From: an uncultured Fusobacteriaceae bacterium
GTDB lineage: Bacteria > Fusobacteriota > Fusobacteriia > Fusobacteriales > Fusobacteriaceae
DNA length: 25,668 nt
Direction of reading: 5' to 3'
NCBI GenBank assembly: GCA_964517235.1
Contig: CAZFBB010000023.1
Location: 1 to 25,668 of the forward strand
This document shows positions 9,135-17,700 of the stretch, one piece after another (the first letter of the stretch is position 1; each line of letters starts with the position of its first letter). A program made the translations under genes and the position numbers. The notes beneath the pieces were generated by a model, which was not told the DNA's origin, did not search any database, and saw nothing but the letters and a program-made list of their open reading frames with translations.

Positions 9135-9302
9135 ATAATAAATACCTTTTAAAATATTATTAATGATTCTGCTAAACATAATTAAAAATTCCAATGTAAA
9201 AATGTAAAACTAATTTAAATAGAAAATCATTTTGAAGTGGCATCTATTATCTTAATTTCCTAATTTAACTAACAACTTAGAATGTTCAAATTAATCAATT
9301 TT

Positions 9303-10754
9303 CTAAGCTCTCATTTTGTCTCTTTTATCTTGTGAATCAGGGTTATGTTCATCATCATGCCAACATGTTATTCCCCTAACTCCCTTTAAGCTTTCACTAG
9401 AAAAGGTAGGGTCGATACCTAGCTTTAATTGATATTTATAGTCTTTCAAAGCTATAATAGCATATTTACCAAGTGGTGCTAGTGCAATAAGATTAATTGT
9501 AGCCATTATTCCCATAAATAAGTCACCTAAAGTCCATACCATATCACTTTTTGCTAATCCTCCAAATAGTATCATAACAATTACGGCAAACTTAAAGATG
9601 TTAACAGAATTTTTCTTTTTACTTAAATATTTAACATTTATTTCTCCATAAAAATAGCATCCATATATTGTACTTAAAGAAAATAAAAATATACTAATTG
9701 CTATAAACACACTGCCGAAACTACCTATTTGGCTTTTTAATGCTTCCTGTACTAAAGAAACCCCTTTTAAATTAGGATCTAGATAAAGATTTCCCGATAA
9801 TAATATCATAAAAGCAGTAGCATTACATATTAATAAGGTATCTACAAAAACTCCTAAAGATTGCATCAATCCTTGTTTTACAGGATGTGAAACATCTGCT
9901 GCAGCTGCAGCATTTGGAGCACTTCCCATTCCTGCTTCATTACTAAATAAACCTCTTTGAATACCTATCATAACAATTTTTCCTAAAGTTGCCCCAGCAA
10001 AAGCTTTCAATCCAAAAGCACTAGACAAAATTAATTTTAATACTTGTGGAATTAAAGAAATATTTTTTGCTGATACAAATAGAGCTAATAATATATATGC
10101 TGTTGCCATTATTGGCACTAAAATTTCAGATATCTTTCCAATTTTACTTCTACTCCCCCTTATTCCTAAATAAGATAGGAATATAACTAAAGCTGTCCCA
10201 TATTTTACATCGATAGAAAAAGCATTGCTAAGTGCTTCTGTTATGGAATTAGAAAGGATTGCATGAACAATTAACCCTAAAAATCCTATTGCTGATACTG
10301 CAAATATTTTTGCAAGAACTTTATTTCCTAGTCCTTTTTCAATATAGTATGCAGGTCCTCCTACAAAACCATCTTTACTCTTTATTTTAAATATTTGCGC
10401 CAAAGTTGACTCTATAAAAGCTGAACTACTTCCTAGTATAGCAAAAGTCCACATCCAAAATACTGCCCCCGGTCCTCCTGCACCTATAGCTAATGCAATA
10501 CCTATTATATTTCCTGTTCCTACTCTACTTGCAGTACTTATACAAAATGCTTGGAATGATGATAAACCTTCTTTTGCTTTTTCTTTACTCCTTATCAATC
10601 TTATCATCTCTTTAAACATTCTAATTTGTACAAATCCACTTTTTACTGAAAAATAAATTCCTGCTAATATTAACATTCCAATTACAATATAAGTCCATAA
10701 GAAAATATTGACACTTGTCAATAAATTAAAGAACTTTATCTCTAACTCTACCAT
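9303..10754 (-). CDS. Alanine (or glycine)/sodium symporter, AGCS family
   Basis: 483 aa from MVELEIKFF.... It has a typical AGCS multi-TM layout and conserved stretches (FQAFCISTASRVGTGNIIG, GGPGAVFWMW, FSNEAGMGSAPNAAAAA). The start was chosen because an AAGGATGG RBS sits about 8 nt upstream of this ATG and because the predicted promoter lies inside the longer ORF-track extension. The ATG 3 codons upstream (MVAMVELE) remains possible. Confidence 0.88.
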   Translation of the reverse strand: MVELEIKFFNLLTSVNIFLWTYIVIGMLILAGIYFSVKSGFVQIRMFKEMIRLIRSKEKAKEGLSSFQAFCISTASRVGTGNIIGIALAIGAGGPGAVFWMWTFAILGSSSAFIESTLAQIFKIKSKDGFVGGPAYYIEKGLGNKVLAKIFAVSAIGFLGLIVHAILSNSITEALSNAFSIDVKYGTALVIFLSYLGIRGSRSKIGKISEILVPIMATAYILLALFVSAKNISLIPQVLKLILSSAFGLKAFAGATLGKIVMIGIQRGLFSNEAGMGSAPNAAAAADVSHPVKQGLMQSLGVFVDTLLICNATAFMILLSGNLYLDPNLKGVSLVQEALKSQIGSFGSVFIAISIFLFSLSTIYGCYFYGEINVKYLSKKKNSVNIFKFAVIVMILFGGLAKSDMVWTLGDLFMGIMATINLIALAPLGKYAIIALKDYKYQLKLGIDPTFSSESLKGVRGITCWHDDEHNPDSQDKRDKMRA

Positions 10755-10783
10755 AGCTACCATCCTTATTAATAATTTTAAAA

Positions 10784-10812
10784 ATTGTACCACATTATTC
10801 ATTCAAGTTCAA
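10784..10812 (-). promoter_or_regulatory. Sigma70-type promoter for the AGCS symporter: -35 TTGAAC, 17-nt spacer, extended -10 TGgTACAAT
   Basis: Minus strand reads catgTTGAACttgaatgaataatgTGgTACAATttttaaa. The -35 is a near-consensus hexamer, the -10 is an extended TG plus TACAAT, and spacing is 17 nt. This places the transcription start about 20 nt before the chosen start codon. Confidence 0.45.
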
Positions 10813-10916
10813 CATGAAATTTTTTGTGTATATGTCATGTTTTATTAATACAATTTTATCTTTTTATGTTATTTAAACATAATAATTTTTATTAAATTTA
10901 ATTAATTTAAATAAAA

Positions 10917-10940
10917 AAGAGCTCTTTGAGCTCGATTTTG
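10917..10940 (-). terminator. Rho-independent terminator (GAGCTC-AAA-GAGCTC followed by TTTTTT) downstream of the small lipoprotein gene
   Basis: Minus strand reads atcGAGCTCaaaGAGCTCttttttat. The stem is short but GC-containing and sits within A/T arms, 25 nt after the stop codon. It is potentially bidirectional. Confidence 0.5.
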
Positions 10941-10964
10941 TATTTGTATTTATTTTATTAAAAA

Positions 10965-11189
10965 CTACTTATCTTCACTTACAATTTCTTCTACTACTAC
11001 ATCTTCTGCAGTAACTTCTTCTGCACTTGTATCTTCTGAAACTGTAGTTTCTTCAGTTGCAATTGCTTCATTTGTTGTTGCTTCTACTTCTTGTTCTACA
11101 ACTACATTATCAACATTTTGATTTCCCTCTACATTTTTTCCACATGCTACAACTAATAATAAAGATAATGCTATTAATATTTTTTTCAT
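10965..11189 (-). CDS. Small acidic lipoprotein (74 aa) with a low-complexity Glu/Val/Thr-rich tail
   Basis: AAGGAG RBS with 8 nt spacer. Signal peptide plus lipobox (LLLVVAC). The mature part is strongly acidic (EEVEATTNEAIATEETTVSEDTSAEEVTAEDVVVEE). Confidence 0.5.
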   Translation of the reverse strand: MKKILIALSLLLVVACGKNVEGNQNVDNVVVEQEVEATTNEAIATEETTVSEDTSAEEVTAEDVVVEEIVSEDK

Positions 11190-11504
11190 TATTTATTTCT
11201 CCTTTTCTTCCTTAAGTTTCAAGAAGATTATATTATTAAACTGTGAAATTCTTGTGTATATTTTAATTTGATTTTAATTTTTCTTTAAATTTTATTTTTT
11301 TATTTTTAATGTAAATTTTTATATATAGATAAAATGCCTATAGGTATATTTTACATAATTGAGTTAAGGGATAAAAATGAAAATATTTTTTAACCATTTT
11401 TGTACAATTGTTTTTATATATGTTTAGTTTTAGTATATTTTTTTAAAAAAATGTTAATTTTCATGAACAGCTTTTAAAAAATAGTAGAAAAAAAAATTAG
11501 AAAG

Positions 11505-11513
11505 TGATATAAT
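11505..11513 (+). promoter_or_regulatory. Extended -10 element TGATATAAT upstream of the 11544 gene
   Basis: A perfect TGnTATAAT motif lies about 30 nt upstream of the start codon. The -35 region is A-rich and weak, for which the extended -10 typically compensates. Confidence 0.35.
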
Positions 11514-11543
11514 TAACTGAAAATGAATATAAGGGGTGAAGTA

Positions 11544-11855
11544 ATGAGTAGAAGTAACGTTTTACAAATCGTAAGAGATATGAGAAGAAAAAACAAAATC
11601 AAAAGAGAAATGGCTGATTTTGATAAAAAAATAAGAGATAACCAAAAAAGAGTTGATCTACTTGATAACCTTTTAACATATATCCAAACTGACATGTCTA
11701 TTGAAGAAATATTGGAAATCATTGAAAATATGAAAGGTGATTACGAAGAAAGAGTAGATGACTACATAATTAGAAAAGCTGAAGTTTCAAAAGAAAGAAG
11801 AGCTATTAACAAAAAAATTAAAGATTTATTAAAGGAAGAAAGAACTAAACATTAA
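11544..11855 (+). CDS. Small highly charged coiled-coil protein, hypothetical (103 aa)
   Basis: Start re-anchored to [10 protein letters not shown] on an AAGGGGTGAAG RBS. It has a K/R/E/D-rich heptad-like composition. A clean terminator lies downstream. Confidence 0.55.
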   Translation: MSRSNVLQIVRDMRRKNKIKREMADFDKKIRDNQKRVDLLDNLLTYIQTDMSIEEILEIIENMKGDYEERVDDYIIRKAEVSKERRAINKKIKDLLKEERTKH

Positions 11856-11859
11856 TAAT

Positions 11860-11886
11860 AAGGCAACTTAGTTGCCTTTTTTTTAT
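11860..11886 (+). terminator. Rho-independent terminator AAGGCAAC-tta-GTTGCCTT plus T8
   Basis: An 8-bp GC-containing stem with a 3-nt loop, followed by tttttttt. It begins 5 nt after the stop codon. Confidence 0.7.
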
Positions 11887-11931
11887 TTATAGTATATTAT
11901 AGTAGATAATAAAAGTGAAAAGTGGTGTAAA

Positions 11932-12885
11932 ATGGTTTATACAATTGTTGGAGATAGTTCTAGACTTATAGAGTTTGATAAAACTTTAAAAAAAATTAGA
12001 GAAAAAAATTTGGGAATAAATGAAAAGATTTTTGATGCTTCACTGGGAGAGCAAGAAAGTTTTATTGAAAATGCTCAAGTTTTTTCCATGTTTGCTTCAA
12101 AGGAGTTATTAATATTAAAACGTGGGGAAAATGTAGATAAACTTACAGATTTTTTAAATATACTTACAAAATTTAATTTGGATCAAAAAGAAATAATTAT
12201 TGATATAGAAAAAAAAGGTAACAATTTTGGTAAAAAAGCTGAAGGAATAGCAAAAGAGTTGGGGAAATTAATTATTGTAAAAGAAAGTACTCAAGGAGAA
12301 AATGCAATTTCTTTTATTAAAGAAGAATTAAGTATCGATAATAAATTAGCATATGAATTGAAAGAAATGATAGGGACAGACATACAACTAGTCAAAAATG
12401 AATTAGACAAGATAAAAAATTATTTTGATACTAGGAAATTTGATTTGGTAGAAGCGAGAAAAATTATTAGTATTAAAGAGGAGTATAGTATATTTGAAGT
12501 TATAGATAAAGTTATAAAAGGTAACAAAAAAGAGGGACTTAATTATATAGAAAAAGAGGGAAATACACATTTATTCCTCTATAATTTAGGTCAAGAGTTC
12601 AAAAATCTTTTTAAATTAAAGTTACTTATTCAAAAAGGTAAATTAATTTCTTCTACTAATTATAATACCTTTCAAAAATCATATAACAATAATAAGGAGT
12701 ATTTTAAAAATTCTAAGGGTTTTATGCATCCCTATGGTATCTTTAAAAAATTAGAAAATCTAAAATACTTTGATTTAGCAAGATTAAAAGAGCTTATTGA
12801 ATTAAGTCATGAAACTGAATATAAAATCAAAAATGGCTATGGAGAAGATAAAAGACTAGTTGAATTAATGATTTTGAAAATTTAA
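11932..12885 (+). CDS. holA: DNA polymerase III delta subunit (clamp-loader delta)
   Basis: 317 aa. The N-terminus MVYTIVGDSS...LIEFDKTLKKIREKN resembles the HolA N-terminal RFC-like domain (consensus MIY.IYGED). The length and helical C-terminal half fit. The protein has no Walker A motif, as expected for delta. The RBS is weak (GTGGTG). Confidence 0.55.
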   Translation: MVYTIVGDSSRLIEFDKTLKKIREKNLGINEKIFDASLGEQESFIENAQVFSMFASKELLILKRGENVDKLTDFLNILTKFNLDQKEIIIDIEKKGNNFGKKAEGIAKELGKLIIVKESTQGENAISFIKEELSIDNKLAYELKEMIGTDIQLVKNELDKIKNYFDTRKFDLVEARKIISIKEEYSIFEVIDKVIKGNKKEGLNYIEKEGNTHLFLYNLGQEFKNLFKLKLLIQKGKLISSTNYNTFQKSYNNNKEYFKNSKGFMHPYGIFKKLENLKYFDLARLKELIELSHETEYKIKNGYGEDKRLVELMILKI

Positions 12886-12917
12886 AGGGACTGTATTTCT
12901 ATAAACAGTCCCTTTTT
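12885..12917 (+). terminator. Rho-independent terminator AAGGGACTGT-loop-ACAGTCCCTT plus T5, lying between the convergent holA and phoH2 genes
   Basis: A 10-bp stem with a 10-nt loop, followed by ttttt. It overlaps the holA stop codon and lies 17 nt from the phoH2 stop, so it may serve both genes. Confidence 0.65.
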
Positions 12918-12933
12918 CAACTTATAATTATTT

Positions 12934-14250
12934 TTATAATAATCTAGCTGCTAGTTCAGCTAATTCTGATCTTTCTCCCTTAACTAGAGTTATATGTCCT
13001 GCTAATTCAACATTTTTAAATCTTTCTGCAAGATATGTAAGTCCGTTACTGTTTGCATCTAAATAGGGATTATCTATTTGGTATGGATCTCCTGTAAATA
13101 CTATTTTAGTGTCTGCTCCAGCTCTAGTAACTATTGTTTTTATTTCATGTGGAGTTAAGTTTTGAGCTTCATCTATTATCAAGAATCCTTTAGGTATACT
13201 TCTACCTCTAATATATGTTAGAGCTTCTATTTTCAATAAACCCATACTTTCTAAACCTGTAATAACCTTTTCTCCACCTTTTTTATCTTCATTACCTTTA
13301 TTACTTGTTAAGAAATCAAAATTATCATAAATAGGTTGTACCCAAGGTCTTAATTTTTCCTTTTCTCCCCCTGGAAGGTAACCAATGTCTTTTCCCATGG
13401 GAATTATAGGTCTAGCAATAAAGATTTTTTTATATAAATTCCTTTCAACTACTTGTTCAAGAGCACTAGCAAGAGCCAAAAGTGTTTTTCCAGTACCTGC
13501 TTTTCCTACAAGGGTTACAACACGAATATTAGGATCCATAAGCATTTCTACAGCACATTCTTGCTCATTGTTTCTTCCTCTAATTCCCCACATTTCAATA
13601 CTAGAGAAATTAAGTTTTTCCAAACGTTTTTTATTTTTCTTATATACCCCTAAGTGAGATTTATTTTCACATTTTAAATTAAACATCTCATTTGCATAAG
13701 GTTCTTTGTCAAATACTTCTATATATTTTACTCTACCTGCTTTAATAAATTTTTTATAGGGCTCTTCTTCTACTTCTATATCACTAAATCCACTATACAA
13801 TTCTGATATATCATATGTATCAGTTTCATAATCTTCTACTTTGAGGGACATAGAGTCTGCTTTTATACGCATATTTATATCTTTTGTAACGAGTATTACT
13901 GGATCTTTTGCATTCTTTTTTACCTCTAATGCAGTAGCCAAGATTCTATTATCCATTACATCTTTTTTGATGAAAAATGGTAATTGGGTTACATCACCAT
14001 TTATTTCTACAAATAATTTCCCACCATTATTAAGGCAAACGCCTTCAACTAAACTTCCTTTTTTTCTAAGGTCGTCTATAGATCTGGCTACAACTCTGGC
14101 ATTCCTACCTCTTTCACCATCTGCTCTCTTTAATGTATCGATCTCTTCAATTACATATATTGGTATTACTACATCATTATCAGCAAAACTAAAAATTGCC
14201 TTTGGGTCATGTATAAGTACATTTGTATCTAAAACATATACTTTTTTCAT
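12934..14250 (-). CDS. PhoH-like ATPase with N-terminal PIN domain (PhoH2 / YlaK family)
   Basis: 438 aa. AAGGAGG RBS with 8 nt spacer. The N-terminal PIN signature is YVLDTNVLIHDP, with acidic residues in place. The C-terminal PhoH P-loop has Walker A GKAGTGKT and Walker B FLIIDEAQN. Confidence 0.9.
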   Translation of the reverse strand: MKKVYVLDTNVLIHDPKAIFSFADNDVVIPIYVIEEIDTLKRADGERGRNARVVARSIDDLRKKGSLVEGVCLNNGGKLFVEINGDVTQLPFFIKKDVMDNRILATALEVKKNAKDPVILVTKDINMRIKADSMSLKVEDYETDTYDISELYSGFSDIEVEEEPYKKFIKAGRVKYIEVFDKEPYANEMFNLKCENKSHLGVYKKNKKRLEKLNFSSIEMWGIRGRNNEQECAVEMLMDPNIRVVTLVGKAGTGKTLLALASALEQVVERNLYKKIFIARPIIPMGKDIGYLPGGEKEKLRPWVQPIYDNFDFLTSNKGNEDKKGGEKVITGLESMGLLKIEALTYIRGRSIPKGFLIIDEAQNLTPHEIKTIVTRAGADTKIVFTGDPYQIDNPYLDANSNGLTYLAERFKNVELAGHITLVKGERSELAELAARLL

Positions 14251-14383
14251 TATAATACCTCCTTGTACGTAGTTATTCTATACTACTATTATCCCATACT
14301 TTTTGTTACTCTTCAATTTTTTATTTATGTGAAGAATATTATAAATACTTTTTGTAGCATTCTTCATACTAAACTTTTGTAAA

Positions 14384-14700
14384 AGGTTTCTGAAAAAACA
14401 TTACTACTTTATCTTTTAATACAAAATTAATACAAGATTTTAGGAGATATACTTGAATCTATCTTAATAAATCCTTTCTTATTCGGCAAAACTCAAAAAT
14501 TTATATTAAAAAATAAGATTAAATAACCACTATAGTTATCAAAATTCAAAAGTCACTCTTGGGGAGCTCAAAGAGCTCCCAACTCTTAAGATTCCTTTTG
14601 TTAATAATCTAAATTCCTTATATAGGTACACCTAAATAAAAAGTTAATAAAGTTTTTATTTTTAGAAAATTTTATTTGTTTACAGTTTTAGTTTTACTTA
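14384..14700. repeat. Copy 2 of the dispersed intergenic repeat family, between the giant-ATPase gene and phoH2
   Basis: See copy 1. It shares both the 5' block and the 3' block, which includes the GGGAGCTC-AAA-GAGCTCCC hairpin. Confidence 0.7.
14561..14580 (-). terminator. Perfect 8-bp GC-rich hairpin GGGAGCTC-aaa-GAGCTCCC, 145 nt downstream of the giant-operon stop. Candidate terminator or RNA structural element.
   Basis: The strongest GC stem in the window. The T-tract after it on the minus strand is imperfect (cttttgaatttt). Confidence 0.35.
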
Positions 14701-14725
14701 AGCTCTTTAGCTTAGCTTCTTTTAA

Positions 14726-17700
14726 TTATTTTTTATTAAATAATTCACCTAATACCTTCAAATTGATTCCGATTTTGCTTAATTCTTCTACCACTTGCAA
14801 TACTCCCTTTTCATTTGAATTACTTTTATTTTCAAGGAATATTTTTTTAATTTCATTCCATCTAGCTAAAGAAGGATTATCTAATCTATCACTAATTTCT
14901 CTAAATTTTAATAAACTAGCTTCTGAATCACTTGCCAAAGTTTGAGCATCATTCTCATAAGCTTTTAGAATAAGATTTCTTATTTCATCCTCATTCATAA
15001 CAGGTACTATACGTTCAGCAATTTTATTCATATTTCTATATGAACCTTGTAGTTTAAATGGAGGTTCTACTCTATATTTGTCATTTTGACTAGCAGAAGT
15101 AATATACTCTATATTTACCCTTAGTATTTCATCTCTTACTTTTATCATATTAGATAAAAGTGATGAATATTCTTCTATGTCCCCTTCAGTATAATTTCCT
15201 TCTAATTCTATCTCTTCTCTATTTCCAACTTGAACAGCATTTATTAGTTTATATGTATCTTCTTGGTTTTTCATATATAATTTGTTCAAATATGGATTTG
15301 AAGTCATAGCATTTTCTAAATAAGATAGTTTAAAAGCTTCTTTATTTTCTCTAAGCATATCTCCAAGGTTGTAAACATCGGCTCTATTTGCTAGCATGTC
15401 TGGTATTTGAAACTTATCTCCACTTTCAGTATAAGGGTTTCCTGCCATTACTACTGCTACTTTCTTGCCCCTAAATTCATATGATTTACTCCTACCTTGC
15501 CATATACCTTCTATCTTACGTTGTCCATCGCATAGAGAAATAAATTTTTGTAAAAATTCAGGATTAGAATGTTGTATATCATCTAAATAGATAATTACAT
15601 TATTTCCCATTTCAAAGGCTAAATTCAATTTTTCAAGTTCCTCTTTGGCATTGGCATTTTTTGCTTCATTTGGGTCAAGACTAGTAATACCATGACCAAT
15701 AGTTGGGCAGTTAATCTTTATTAATAACATATTAAGTCTATTTGCAATATACTCCATAAGGGTAGTTTTACCATAACCGGGAGGTGAGATGAGTAGAAGC
15801 ATACCCATATTATCAGTTCTTTTATTTGCACCAGCAACACCTATTTGTTTGGCAAAATTATCTCCTATAAGAGGAAGATATACTTGATCTATAAGTTTAT
15901 TTCTAACAAAACTAGTTAAAACTTTTGGTTTTAACTCATTAAACTTAAGTTGGTATTTTCTATCTTCTATTAATTTATTCTTAAGTTTTTGGAAGTCATT
16001 AAATAATAATAAATTTTTACTTGTAAACTCTTCTAGTTTATAAAAAAAATCTACCAAATTAACTTCATATTTACCATTATCAATTAATTTATGTACTCCA
16101 ACAAGGTCATCTATCTTTATTTGACTTGATTCAGGTACTTTTCTTCTACTTTCCATATCTCCTATAAGATATAGGTTTTTCACTTCTTCAAAGTAACTAT
16201 TTTTATTTAGATTTTTATGACTTAAATAAGTATTGACCCATTCACTTATAAGTATATAGCTTCCATGTAAATCACCCCTTAATTTTTCTAGAGAGTGTTT
16301 AAAATCTTCCTTTGCATTTATACTTACTAAATAGTTGTTAAAATCTAGGTATAATTCTTCTCCTTCTTTACTAAGGATAAAGTTATTGTGTGAGCTAATT
16401 TCTAAAGCTAAATAGAGAGAAATTCTTTCTATATTAGCCCTAGGAAAAAAGTTATTATTTTCATAAAATTCTTCTACTCTATCTTTAAGATAAGGTATGA
16501 GCATATTTACAAAATTTCCACTTTTATGCCTGTTAATTATACTTAGTGTTTTAAGTCTAATTTCAATTTTACTTTTTTCTTCTTTATCTATACCAAAATT
16601 CCAAAGGTAATTAGCCATGGCTCTAACTTCAGGTTTATAAAGGGATAAACCAATTTCTTTGTTAGTTTTAACAATATTTTCAAGTATCTTTAAACTATCA
16701 ATATCATGAACTCCTTTGGTGTAGTATTCATTATAGTGACTTTCTACATATTTATCTACAAGCTTTTTAAGTCCTTCTCTACCTAAAGTATAAAGTTTAT
16801 CTAAAGAATTTTCATCTTCAAAAGATTTGAATATATTGTATGCTAAAAACTCTCCTCTATATACTTCCTGATTTTCACTTATAAGTTCTTGATTCCATAC
16901 ATATTCATATTTTGAAAGTAAACTTTCTTCTACTTTTTCAAAATAATCTGTACCACTTATATGATAATAAAATCTATCTCCTTTCCTTAAAAGAGTTAAT
17001 TCAGTTTTACCATCTGAAACTAAAAAGTTATTATTACCAAATTTAATAGTATTTCCATCAAGGAATAGTTCCTTTTTATCCTTTAATTGTTTAATACTAT
17101 TTTCTTTAAGACTTTTAAGTTTACTCTCAATCTCACTAGCTTTTGTAGCATCTCCTAATTTAATTAGGTTTTCTATAATATCTCTTATCTTTTCTACCAT
17201 TAAATCTGTAGAAAAAATTTCATTTATAGCTTTTAAGTCATCAATAGTCTTTAATCTATTACTTAAACCTTTAAAGACTCTTTCACTTGCATCAAATAAT
17301 GAATTAATTTTTTTATTCTTTTTTTCAATCAAACCTTGTTTTTTTTGAGTAAAGGCACTAACTATTTCTTCCCTTTTTTCTGTTAATTGTGGAATAAATT
17401 CTTCGAAATCACTAAATTTACTTTCTAATTCATCTATTTGAACTATTATTTTAGTCAAATAAGAATCTACTTTTTCTATAGTATCTGAAAGATTTAGATA
17501 ATTTGATATAGACTGAGTAATTAAATTTAATTTTGAGTAAAAGTCACTCTTTCTTTCTTTAGAATCCAAATTTTCAACTATATTATTCAATTTTGATTTA
17601 ATACCATTAAGTGTTGCAAATAGTGATGAAATTTTATCTATAATTTCAGAAGATTTAGTTGTGTCTTCTATCTTTAAACTATTAACAATAGTAATAAGTA

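Noticed and set aside
10755-10802. ORF-track N-terminal extensions. The AGCS symporter has MNNVVQF.... Similar extensions occur on speH, the permease, the lipoprotein, the 4026 and 11523 genes, the aminotransferase and the 23736 gene.
   Set aside because: The extensions lack Shine-Dalgarno sequences. In the AGCS case the extension contains the predicted -35/-10 promoter. In each gene an internal ATG has a well-spaced GGAGG-type RBS.
10803-10964. Possible glycine riboswitch in the leader of the alanine/glycine-sodium symporter
   Set aside because: Glycine riboswitches commonly precede AGCS genes. This leader is almost pure A/T and lacks the GC-rich conserved cores (GGAGAG...ACCGAAGGGGCAA-like). 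The promoter also places the transcription start only about 20 nt from the start codon.
13385-14272. Plus-strand ORFs 13385-13657, 13453-13653 and 13841-14272
   Set aside because: They are antisense to the well-supported PhoH2 gene. Their products are hydrophobic and low-complexity, and they lack an RBS.
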